This document shows, piece after piece, positions 1-8,306 of a stretch of DNA of 64,000 nt. Numbering within the stretch: the first letter of the stretch is position 1; each line of letters begins with the position of its first letter. Source of the DNA: Ostreococcus lucimarinus (Eukaryota); assembly GCA_000092065.1 (NCBI GenBank), contig CP000585.1; one strand, 5' to 3'. The notes beneath the pieces are model-generated. The model did no database searches. It was not told the DNA's origin and was given only the letters and a program-made list of their open reading frames with translations. The position numbers were made by a program, and so were the translations under genes.

Positions 1-889
1 GATCGGCGAATATCAACGTCCCACCGCTCGACACCCAGTGAGTGCCGAGAACGTTGCCGACGCCGTTCGGACCGTGGTCGAACGGGTAAAACGGTCCCAT
101 TTCGATTTTCGCTCGCTCGAGCGGCCAGAGCTGCTTCAGCAAATGCGACCCACCGTACCAGTGGTCTTCGTCCGCTCCATCGCACAGCTTCACCGTCAAC
201 TCCGCCGCTCCCGAATCCTCCATCGGCGCGCTCACCTCGAGCAATAACCCGTCCGCGATGTTTCGACACCACGCGTCGCTCTCCCCATCCGCATCGTTCG
301 TTTTCCTCACCCGGAGCACCGTTCCATCGCTCCACAGCGCTGTCAACTCCCCCTCGTCCTCTTTCGCGTCGATTCGAATAACCTTAACCCCGTCTCCGGT
401 CGCCGTCGTCCCTCGTCCGAGCGGCACCGCCAACGTCTGCGCCCGCGTCTCTCTCGTCCCGTCCACCCTCCACAGCAGCATCGTCCCATTTTCCCGCACG
501 TCCAGCGCGCTCGCGCCGCTTCGCACGCGCCACGTTCTTCCGACGTACGCCTTCGCGTCATCGATCGCCAGCGTCGTCGTCCCGACGTCGTCTCGTCGCG
601 GCGCCGCCGCGTCGCGCGCGCGATTCGTCCCCGCCACCACCGCCCCGCTCGCGATCGCCGCTCGCACGATCTCCGACCTCGACACGCTTCCCGACGCGAC
701 GCCGCTCGCGTCGTCGTCTCCGCCGGCGTCCTCGTCCGTCGCCCGCGCCGTCGTCGTCGTCGTCGTCGTCGTCGAGTTTCGTTCCGGCCGCCACCCGCGG
801 TGTCGACACCGCGCGCGCGGCGCCCGCGCGCGCGCGCGCGCGACGCCCGCGCGCGGTCGCGCGACCGACGACGCGCGCGCGCGCGCCAT
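1..889 (-). CDS. Hypothetical protein, 3' part truncated by the left window edge (repeat-rich, possibly beta-propeller-like).
   Basis: Reverse frame is open from position 1 up to an ATG at 889..887. It is absent from the ORF track because there is no stop inside the window. The translation reads ...RTWRVRSGASALDVRENGTMLLWRVDGTRETRAQTLAVPLGRGTTATGDGVKVIRIDAKEDEGELTALWSDGTVLRVRKTNDADGESDAWCRNIADGLLLEVSAPMEDSGAAELTVKLCDGADEDHWYGGSHLLKQLWPLERAKIEMGPFYPFDHGPNGVGNVLGTHWVSSGGTLIFAD. It is protein-like and not low-complexity over positions 1-600. The start position is a guess. Confidence 0.35.
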   Translation of the reverse strand, partial: MARARASSVARPRAGVARARARAPRARCRHRGWRPERNSTTTTTTTTARATDEDAGGDDDASGVASGSVSRSEIVRAAIASGAVVAGTNRARDAAAPRRDDVGTTTLAIDDAKAYVGRTWRVRSGASALDVRENGTMLLWRVDGTRETRAQTLAVPLGRGTTATGDGVKVIRIDAKEDEGELTALWSDGTVLRVRKTNDADGESDAWCRNIADGLLLEVSAPMEDSGAAELTVKLCDGADEDHWYGGSHLLKQLWPLERAKIEMGPFYPFDHGPNGVGNVLGTHWVSSGGTLIFAD

Positions 890-1062
890 GGCGCGCCGAC
901 GTCGAGCGACCGCCGGCGACGACGCGCGGCGTCGCGGTGTCGCGACGCGTCGTCAGTCCCGCGCGCGGTGTCGACGGAACGACCGACGGACGCGCGCGCG
1001 CGCGCGCGCGAGGACGCGCGCGCGGACGCGACGACGACGACGACGACGACGCGACGATCGGC

Positions 1063-2064
1063 ATGCCGTCGTTCACGCCGTCGACGTCGGACGCCGCGGG
1101 ATGCCTGACCGCGCTCGAGGACGTGTCCCCGTCGCTCCGAGTCCTCGGCGCGATGTCCTTCGTCGTGAGCGCGCTGATCGGGGCGCCGCAGGCGTACAAG
1201 ATTTACGCGCGCAAGAGCTCGCGCGGGGTGTCGTTCTGGACGCTCGCGCTCGGGAACGTCGGTGGATTTCTGTGCGTGCTGAATCTGTACGTGCTGCACT
1301 ACGACCAGATCAAACTGAGCGGGAACGCGTTCGCGGATTTTAAGGGCTGGGCGCGCGGACAGCCGAGCCTGCTGTTCATATGGGTTGAATTGGCGAACAC
1401 GCTGTCGATGCTGATCGTGACGCCGATGGCGTACGCGTACGTGGAGGATAGCGAACACGCGTTCGCGGTGACGACGCCGCTCGGCGGCGTGGACTGGTCG
1501 ATGAAAAAGGCGGTGAGAGCGGGAGTGCTGTTGCAAATGGTGATCGTGGCGTGCGCGTGGGCGCCGGCGTTGATCGTGTTGCATCGGGCGGGGGAGTGCG
1601 CGCCGATGGCGTGGTACGGCAACGCCATCGGCGTGGTGGTGGCGATGATTATTTGCTTAAAGTTTATACCGCAGGTGAAAGAATCGTACGAAAACAAAGG
1701 CAGTGGGTCGCTGTCGTACCTGACGTACGGCGCGGATTTGTGCGGTGGGTTGGTGGCGTTCTTGCAAAAGTTGCTCGTGACGAATGAGCGCGTGTCCACG
1801 TGGCTACCACCGCTGATACTGCATTCCCTGGAGGCGTACGTGCTCGGGATGAACGCAATCAACGACAAAGCGCGCCTCGGCGCGGGCGCCGCCCGGCGAG
1901 ATCGTGACGCGGACGATGCGAACGAACCGGATGAGGAACGCGTGCAGAGCGAGCGTTTGTTGCCGCGCGCGAGTCGAGGTGCGAGCGGCGCAACGTCGCC
2001 TCGCGCCTCGTCGCCGACGCGCGCCGACGCGGCCTCGTGGTGGAAATCGGCTACTTGGTTGTAG
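1063..2064 (+). CDS. PQ-loop repeat membrane protein (cystinosin / LAAT-1 / PQLC-type transporter family).
   Basis: Two PQ-loop motifs are present: SFVVSALIGAPQAYKIYARKSSRGVSFWTLAL and IICLKFIPQVKESYENKGSGSLSYLTYGADL, inside a seven-hydrophobic-segment protein. The first ATG in the ORF 937..2064 is at 1063 (MPSFTPS...). The Arg/Asp-rich stretch upstream is probably 5'UTR. Confidence 0.6.
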   Translation: MPSFTPSTSDAAGCLTALEDVSPSLRVLGAMSFVVSALIGAPQAYKIYARKSSRGVSFWTLALGNVGGFLCVLNLYVLHYDQIKLSGNAFADFKGWARGQPSLLFIWVELANTLSMLIVTPMAYAYVEDSEHAFAVTTPLGGVDWSMKKAVRAGVLLQMVIVACAWAPALIVLHRAGECAPMAWYGNAIGVVVAMIICLKFIPQVKESYENKGSGSLSYLTYGADLCGGLVAFLQKLLVTNERVSTWLPPLILHSLEAYVLGMNAINDKARLGAGAARRDRDADDANEPDEERVQSERLLPRASRGASGATSPRASSPTRADAASWWKSATWL

Positions 2065-2127
2065 GGCTTTCGCAAAGAATCGTTGGATATTGTTGCAAAG
2101 TGCGGAAATAATCACCTAGATCTATTG

Positions 2128-2148
2128 TGTAATAGAGTGTAACCTATA
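2128..2148 (+). terminator. Putative poly(A) signals: two TGTAA pentamers in the AT-richer spacer between the convergent PQ-loop and PP2C genes.
   Basis: The sequence ttgtgTAATagagTGTAAcc lies about 65-85 nt after the PQ-loop stop. TGTAA is the usual chlorophyte polyadenylation signal. Confidence 0.25.
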
Positions 2149-2237
2149 TGATGATGGTGTGTATCGTTCGGGAAAAAGTGGTTCAGCGAAACCACTCAAT
2201 ACATGTTGTTTGGCTGTAATATTTTTGGCAAGTGAAG

Positions 2238-3638
2238 TCAGTGAAGGTACATGGCGACGACGACGGTGACGTTGTCGCTCGATCCTCGATGCATACTCGT
2301 ATCCAGAAGTTCCTGGGACGCGGCCGTACAGGCCGCTTCGATGGCTTTCTTGTCGGTCGATGTACACTTGCCTTCGCTCAAGACGCCGCGCGTGGCGAGT
2401 ATTTTGCGAGCAATGTCACCCGCCTCTTGATCTCGAATGACGTCCCACATGCCGTCAGAGGCGAGAATAATGAAATTGATATCTTCGGTGAGCTCGTAAC
2501 GCGACACGTCTGGTTCTGCGGTGACGCCAGAGTCTTTCGGTCGCTTGAAATCGATGTCCCCGAGCGAACGCGAGACGGCCAAAGCCGCTCGCACGGGTTT
2601 GTACGGATGATCCGCGATGACTCGCCAGCAGCCGCAAAATTCAATCTTGCCCCCCACTGCGGTTATTCTGCGCCGTTCATTCGACATCGACGGCTTGTGG
2701 TCTTCGGTCATGGCGCGAGTGCGTCCATCAGCGTAGCTGACGACTGCTCTAGAGTCGCCAGCATGCGCTGTGAAGAGCGCGCCGCCGATTTGCAAGACGC
2801 ACACCGCCGTGCTCCCGTCTCGCCTGCCCTCCGCGGCGGTGCTGTTGAGAATTTCGTCGTCGCAATCCATGTACATTTTCTTCAAAGACGTTTCCATATC
2901 AACGTTGAACCGCGTGAGTCTTTCCGGGCACGACGGCGACGAATCTTGTAAGAGCACGTCTGGCGCGAGAAAAGTGTGCATGCGTTCGCTTGCAAACTGC
3001 GCCGCCCAGTCACCGTTGTGACCATCGTACACGCCCAAAAACGAACGACGAACGCCATCGCAACCCGTCAACCCAAAAGGTTTCAGCTCAGTCACGGCGC
3101 TGTACCTGTCCTCCATGTACGCCCGCTGTCCTTGTTCGAAAGCCACGCCGACGACGACCTGGGCGCCCACCAAAGGAATATTCGCCTCGCCATCCGCCGT
3201 CGCCGTCGCCGCCTCGCTCACTTCATCGGACAACGGCGGACTCGCGCGCGCGGAATCTAAATCTCTCGCTCCCCCAGAACTCGTAGATTCCGATCCCATA
3301 TCGACATCCTCGCGCGCTTTCGCGCTCTCATCCGTCGTCGCGCGCGCCTTTTCGCGTCGCTCTCGTCGACTCTTCCCGTGCTTCCCCTTCCTCCGGCGTT
3401 TCTCTCGCGCCTCCCACGCCTCCGCCGCCGCGTTCGCCTCCCCCCGTCTCTTCTCCTGACCCACCGCGCGCGCTTCATTCGTCTCGCGCGCCTCCTCCTC
3501 GCTCGACGACCCCGCGCCTCGGCGTTCGCGCGTCGCCTTCGCCCCGTCCCTCGCGCCCTCATCCCTCATCACCCCCTCCCGTCCTCGTCCGGCGTCCTCC
3601 ATCGCTCCGCTTTCGCTCGCGTCCGCGCGAACCATCAT
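2238..3638 (-). CDS. PP2C-type (PPM family) serine/threonine protein phosphatase.
   Basis: Catalytic-domain motifs are present: AFEQGQRAYMEDRYS, FLGVYDGHNGDWAAQF, TAHAGDSRAVV, LAVSRSLGDIDFK, ILASDGMWDV and GSSDNVTVVVA. The real ATG pair (MM) is at 3638/3635. The N-terminus is a long acidic/basic low-complexity extension. Confidence 0.8.
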   Translation of the reverse strand: MMVRADASESGAMEDAGRGREGVMRDEGARDGAKATRERRGAGSSSEEEARETNEARAVGQEKRRGEANAAAEAWEAREKRRRKGKHGKSRRERREKARATTDESAKAREDVDMGSESTSSGGARDLDSARASPPLSDEVSEAATATADGEANIPLVGAQVVVGVAFEQGQRAYMEDRYSAVTELKPFGLTGCDGVRRSFLGVYDGHNGDWAAQFASERMHTFLAPDVLLQDSSPSCPERLTRFNVDMETSLKKMYMDCDDEILNSTAAEGRRDGSTAVCVLQIGGALFTAHAGDSRAVVSYADGRTRAMTEDHKPSMSNERRRITAVGGKIEFCGCWRVIADHPYKPVRAALAVSRSLGDIDFKRPKDSGVTAEPDVSRYELTEDINFIILASDGMWDVIRDQEAGDIARKILATRGVLSEGKCTSTDKKAIEAACTAASQELLDTSMHRGSSDNVTVVVAMYLH

Positions 3639-4003
3639 CGATCGTCGTCCCGCGCCGAGCGCGTCTCCCGCCGCCGCCGTCGCGACGCGCGTCGCGCGCG
3701 CGGATTCGAACGTTCACGATGCCGCGCCGCCGGTCCGCGTTCGCGCGCGTCGCGCGTCGCGCGCCGTCGCGCGTCGCGCGCGCGCGTCGAGCGTCGCGAG
3801 ACGCGCGCGCTCGAGTCGATCGCGCGCTCTTCGCGCGCGTCGCGCGTCGCGTCGCGCGTCGCGGAGCGTCGACCGGCGGCGCGCGCGCGGCGGGAAAAGC
3901 GCGCGAAGAGCGCGCGCGCGCGCGATCGGGGGTCGTATTGAAACACCCGGAAGTACTATCAACGCGCACGCCCGAGATGCGGATCACGCGCCAGCGCTGG
4001 CGG

Positions 4004-4403
4004 CCCGTGCGCGCTGTGTCCGTATAAAGACGCGCGAAGGACCCATGTGCGCGCTGTGTCCGTATAAAGACGCGCGAAGGACCCATGTGCGCGCTGTGTC
4101 CGTATAAAGACGCGCGAAGGACCCATGTGCGCGCTGTGTCCGTATAAAGACGCGCGAAGGACCCATGTGCGCGCTGTGTCCGTATAAAGACGCGCGAAGG
4201 CCCGTGTGCGCGCTGTGTCCGTATAAAGACGCGCGAAGGCCCGTGTGCGCGCTGTGTCCGTATAAAGACGCGCGAAGGACCCATGTGCGCGCTGTGTCCG
4301 TATAAAGACGCGCGAAGGCCCGTGTGCGCGCTGTGTCCGTATAAAGACGCGCGAAGGCCCGTGTGCGCGCTGTGTCCGTATAAAGACGCGCGAAGGCCCG
4401 TGT
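4004..4403. repeat. Minisatellite of 10 tandem copies of a 39/40-bp unit, GTGCGCGCTGTGTCCGTATAAAGACGCGCGAAGG(A)CCC(A)T. Each unit contains a TATAAAG box.
   Basis: I counted the units directly. Units 1-4 and 7 carry ...aaggacccat (40 bp). Units 5, 6, 8, 9 and 10 carry ...aaggcccgt (39 bp). The last unit ends about 60 bp upstream of the ATG at 4465. The array sits in the 826-bp spacer between the divergent PP2C gene (start 3638) and the TPR/J-domain gene. Confidence 0.9.
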
Positions 4404-4464
4404 GCGACGAACGTCGACCGGCGCGAGCGTTTCGCGAGCGTTTCGAACGCCAGACGACGACGCC

Positions 4465-7122
4465 ATGGCGCGCGTCGACGTCGAGCGCGCGGCGCGCGCG
4501 TCGAGCGCGCGCGAGGCGAGCGACGCGGGACGACGCGCGCTCGCGATGGGGGAACACGCGCTCGCGCGGGCGTTTTACGACGACGCGCTGGCGATGATGA
4601 CGGAAGACGCGACGGACGAGGCGAGGGACGAGCGGGAGGGGCGACGACGGCGCGCGGAGGTGATGGCGAATCAGAGCGCGTGCGCGCTGGCGGTCGAGGC
4701 GTGGGACGACGCGATGGAGCGCGCGGAGCGGGCGATCGCGTGCGATGAGGGGTACGCGAAGGCGCACGCGAGACGGGCGGCGGCGCTGCGAGGGAAGCGG
4801 GAGTACGCGCGCGCGAGGGAGAGTTTGAAGGTGTGTCGCGCGTTGCTCGCGCGGGAGGGGGAGACGAAGATGATTCGTGACGTGGACGCGATGGTGGCGG
4901 AGATAGACGCGGACGAGGCGCGAGGAGAACAAGCTGCACGCGTGGGGATGCAAGTAAAGATGGGATCGAAGGCGCAGGCGAAACCAAACTTTTCAGCGGC
5001 GACGACGAAGGCGAAGAAGGTGGTGACTTTCGATCCAAAGCTCGACATAGATTGCGACGAGGATGTGTTCGATTCGCGAGCGTCTCAACCGCCGAGTCGG
5101 CGTTCGTCGTCGAAGCCCATGCTGATGGATCTAGGCGTGTTGGCGGTGGAAAAGGCGATCGAGATGCAACGCGCCGTCGTCGAAGCTAGAGTCGAGGGAG
5201 GCTTCGAGCACAAGCGATGTAAGATGTGCGGCAACGTGTGTCACGCAAAACTCACCGCGTGTTCGTCGTGCTGCTTGCCGCTTGTATCGGTGGATTCTTA
5301 CGAGCCGGCGACTTTGCCGCGCGCGGGCGCTGAGGCGATTTACGAGAGCGATTCTGACGACGGTGAGGAGAACGCGACGACGACGAGCGCTGAGAAAGAC
5401 GCTGAGCCGTCGTATCTCGACTCTGATCCTTGGTGGGTGAGATATTACACCCGCTCGGCGCTGACCGAGCCGACGCACTCACGTGGTTTGGACCCGGCGC
5501 TTCGATCGAGTTACGCCGCGCTCGACGTTGCGCCGGGGAGCGACGAAGTCACTGTGCGCGCGGCGTTTAGAAACGCGCTCGCGCGAGCGCACCCCGACGC
5601 CGGCGGATCCGCAAAGGAGCTAGACGTGGTAGCGAGAGCTTATGACGCGATATCTCTCGACTTTTGGCGACATGATGAAGGCGCAGCGCGATTGCGTTTG
5701 CAGTCTCGAAGGCTCGCCGACGGATCGATTGAATTCTTCGACTCGGCGAATGAAGACATATTCGTCGTACTCGAAGTTTACAGAAACAGAGAAGCAGAGC
5801 ACACGTTGAAACGGTTATTCAGCGAAGCTTCCGATCCTTCGCGCGTCTACGTCGGCGTTACATGGCAATACAAGTCCACGACGCCGCCGCCCGACGCGCT
5901 CGGCGCGCGCATCGACCGCTTGCACACGAACGTCTACGTACTGACAGAGGAAATCCAAAAGCGCGCGGCGGACGTGAAAGATCCGGTAGAGCAGGAGAAA
6001 TATTTGACTAAAATGCGACGCTTGCAACTCAAAGCTCAGCGAACGGAAGACGCGGAGGAAAAGAGGTGTCACTCAGCAAGGGTGCTCGAAGCTCGTTTCC
6101 GAGATCACGTGCGAGAGACTCACATGCCGTGGGACGCTTCGGAAGGTCCATCGTACGCGCGACATTTAGCGATGCGCAAATGGGGTGGGGAAAAGTATGT
6201 TTTGCACATTGACGCCATGACGGTCGTCGACAAGGGATGGGATGAAATCTTGGTGTCTGAACTCGAACGCTGCGGCGACGACAAACGCGTACTCACGGCT
6301 GCGCCGTTAGGATACGAGCTTAAAACTCAACCGGTCGTCGAAGAAGAGACGTTCAGACAAATGTATCAGACCGACGTGTACGGCACGATCAAAGATCGGC
6401 TGCCAGCCGTGAGTGCTCTCGGTGAAATCGATCCCGCGCGCGCGCCCGCGATTACGTGCGCGCGCGAATTCGGCGAGTCGTTGTTCCGCACGCACGCCAG
6501 GCAACTCGCGGAGGTTCCGAGCGAGCCGACGCCGGCGCTCTTCTTCAACAGTAGTTTTGCGTTCGCGCGCGCCGAGGCTTTCGTCAGAGACGCCCCGCCC
6601 GACGCCCACGCGCCGTTCTTACATCTAGGGGAAGACTTGAGCGCGAGCGCGAGGCTGTACACGCGCGGCTGGAACTTGTGCACGCCCGCGCGCGTTCCCG
6701 TGTTACGCTGCTACTCGAACGCGCCGCGCGCGATGTGGATGGAAGATCACCGTTCGGGTAAAATGCTGTACGCCGACGCGCGTTTCGGCGTCGGTAACGA
6801 ATCCGACGCGGCGCGGCGAGAATTTCTCAATTTACTCTCGCGCCGGCGCGTCCTGCAGTTGGTCGCCGCCGCGGACGACAGCTCGCAGACCTCCCGGGAC
6901 GATCCCGTGCGTTTCACGCGCGCCTACGGCGCCGGGCGCGACAGATCCATCGAGTCATTCATCGAGCACATCGGCGTCGACTTCACCGCGAAACGAATCT
7001 CGACGCGCGCCGCGTGCGGCGGACACGACGGCGCGTTCGTCGCGTCTTCGAAATCGCTTCCCGCGCCGTTCGCGAGCGCTCGGACGGGCCCGAGCGAGCG
7101 CGCCGCGCGTCGGTATGTGTAA
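4465..7122 (+). CDS. Multidomain protein with N-terminal TPR repeats, a J (DnaJ) domain with an HPD motif, and a C-terminal GT-A glycosyltransferase-like domain (Pfam 'GlcNAc' / Gnt1-like).
   Basis: TPR-like helices are seen in ALAMGEHALARAFYDDALAMM...AKAHARRAAALRGKREYARARESL. The J domain reads YAALDVAPGSDEVTVRAAFRNALARAHPDAGGSAKELDVVARAYDAISL. The C-terminal domain begins IFVVLEVYRNREAEHTLKRLFSEASDPSRVYVGVTWQ...YVLHIDAMTVVDKGWDEIL...FLHLGEDLSASARLYTRGWNL, which resembles the opening of Gnt1-type GlcNAc-transferase domains. The first ATG in this frame is at 4465 (MARVDVE...). Confidence 0.6.
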   Translation: MARVDVERAARASSAREASDAGRRALAMGEHALARAFYDDALAMMTEDATDEARDEREGRRRRAEVMANQSACALAVEAWDDAMERAERAIACDEGYAKAHARRAAALRGKREYARARESLKVCRALLAREGETKMIRDVDAMVAEIDADEARGEQAARVGMQVKMGSKAQAKPNFSAATTKAKKVVTFDPKLDIDCDEDVFDSRASQPPSRRSSSKPMLMDLGVLAVEKAIEMQRAVVEARVEGGFEHKRCKMCGNVCHAKLTACSSCCLPLVSVDSYEPATLPRAGAEAIYESDSDDGEENATTTSAEKDAEPSYLDSDPWWVRYYTRSALTEPTHSRGLDPALRSSYAALDVAPGSDEVTVRAAFRNALARAHPDAGGSAKELDVVARAYDAISLDFWRHDEGAARLRLQSRRLADGSIEFFDSANEDIFVVLEVYRNREAEHTLKRLFSEASDPSRVYVGVTWQYKSTTPPPDALGARIDRLHTNVYVLTEEIQKRAADVKDPVEQEKYLTKMRRLQLKAQRTEDAEEKRCHSARVLEARFRDHVRETHMPWDASEGPSYARHLAMRKWGGEKYVLHIDAMTVVDKGWDEILVSELERCGDDKRVLTAAPLGYELKTQPVVEEETFRQMYQTDVYGTIKDRLPAVSALGEIDPARAPAITCAREFGESLFRTHARQLAEVPSEPTPALFFNSSFAFARAEAFVRDAPPDAHAPFLHLGEDLSASARLYTRGWNLCTPARVPVLRCYSNAPRAMWMEDHRSGKMLYADARFGVGNESDAARREFLNLLSRRRVLQLVAAADDSSQTSRDDPVRFTRAYGAGRDRSIESFIEHIGVDFTAKRISTRAACGGHDGAFVASSKSLPAPFASARTGPSERAARRYV

Positions 7123-7194
7123 AGCGCGCGTCTCCGGTCGCCAATCCATCACTGCACCGCGCGCTCGTCGATTCGCGCGCGCGCGGTCGTCGCG

Positions 7195-8301
7195 ATGCGA
7201 TCGTCGGCGTCGGCGTCGCGCGCGCCGCCGCGCGCGCGACGGCGCGCGCGCGCGCGGCGCGCGGCGCGCGATGGACGCGCCGCGACGCGTCGCGACGCCG
7301 GCGCGCGCGCGCTCGCGGACGTCGCGCGCGTCGTCGCGCTCGTCGGGACGCTCGGCGCGAGCGCGGCGGAACGGTTCGAGGCGCGCGCGCCGGACGACGG
7401 CGTCGCGAGCGCGGTGGCGAGCGCGGTGGCGCTCGTCGCGGGCGCGGCGGGGATGGCGATGAGCCTGGAGCGCGAGACGGACGCGCGCGAGGCGGCGCTC
7501 GCGGATAAAGTGCGCGCGCAGGCGGACGCGATGGCGGACGCGGCGTGGGAGAAGATCGAGGCGAGCGAGGCGAGCGCGGAGGCGGTGAGGCGCGACGTCG
7601 CCGCGCGAGGGGTGGCGCGAGTGAACGGAGTGATGCGGGAGGACACGGCGAGGGCGACGGAGGCGTACGTGCGCGAGACGCTGCGGACGAACGACGCGGG
7701 AGGGGATGGGAGGAATTTATCCGTGGAGTCGTTCGGGAACGTGTATTGCAAGAAGAATAGGTGGGATTTGAAACTCGCGTACGACGCGCCCGTGCGCGCG
7801 GCGCTGCGGGAGTGCGTGGCGTCGATGGGGGAAGCGCTGACGGCGGTGTGCGGCGCGGATGCGAAACTCGTCGAGCTCGCGGCGTTGGTGAGCGACCCGG
7901 GGTCGACGCGACAGCCGGTGCACCCGGACACGGCGTACAGGAGAGATCCCTCCGTGTTCACGTGCTTCGTGGCGCTGCAGGACGTCGAGCGAGACATGGG
8001 TCCGACGCTGTTCATCCCAGGAACGAACAACGCGCAGGCGCACGTCGAATTTAGGGAGGGTAACGAACGCGAAGGGCCAGTGTTTCGTCGACCGTACGAG
8101 CTCGGCGTCATCTCTCGCGGCGATGCGACTTTGTTTGATAGCAGAACGTTGCACTGCGGAACGGAAAACGACAGCTCGCGACGACGAGTGTTGTTTTACT
8201 TTTCGTTTCAACGAGCGGACGGCGACAATCCAAACGCCGCGATTAGCACGATTAGAACCGAGTTGCGTGACAAGTACACGCTCGCAGATTTATTGGCTTA
8301 A
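7195..8301 (+). CDS. Phytanoyl-CoA dioxygenase (PhyH)-like Fe(II)/2-oxoglutarate oxygenase, paralog A.
   Basis: HxD...H facial-triad context is present: TRQPVHPDTAYRRDPSVFTCFVALQDVERDMGPTLFIPGTNN...ATLFDSRTLHCGTEN. The ATG is at 7195. The N-terminal 90 aa are Ala/Arg-rich, either a targeting peptide or an over-extension. Confidence 0.6.
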   Translation: MRSSASASRAPPRARRRARARRAARDGRAATRRDAGARALADVARVVALVGTLGASAAERFEARAPDDGVASAVASAVALVAGAAGMAMSLERETDAREAALADKVRAQADAMADAAWEKIEASEASAEAVRRDVAARGVARVNGVMREDTARATEAYVRETLRTNDAGGDGRNLSVESFGNVYCKKNRWDLKLAYDAPVRAALRECVASMGEALTAVCGADAKLVELAALVSDPGSTRQPVHPDTAYRRDPSVFTCFVALQDVERDMGPTLFIPGTNNAQAHVEFREGNEREGPVFRRPYELGVISRGDATLFDSRTLHCGTENDSSRRRVLFYFSFQRADGDNPNAAISTIRTELRDKYTLADLLA

Positions 8302-8306
8302 GATGT

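Noticed and set aside
4004-4403. The regular 40-bp repeats could be mistaken for a CRISPR array.
   Set aside because: The units are directly adjacent with no unique spacers between them. The context is eukaryotic and there are no cas genes. It is a minisatellite.
343-5038. Long ORFs in the track that are antisense to, or out of frame with, the genes called here. Their translations are dominated by R/A/G/P. They include 343..1584(-), 558..1199(-), 3559..4953(-), 3959..5038(-), 21605..22909(+), 22179..22895(-), 23618..24556(-), 26768..28042(-), 42776..44134(-), 46827..47930(+) and 55020..56291(-).
   Set aside because: These are expected by-products of about two-thirds G+C sequence, where stop codons are rare. 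They have no recognisable domains and extreme Arg/Ala bias. Each overlaps a well-supported gene on the other strand or in another frame.
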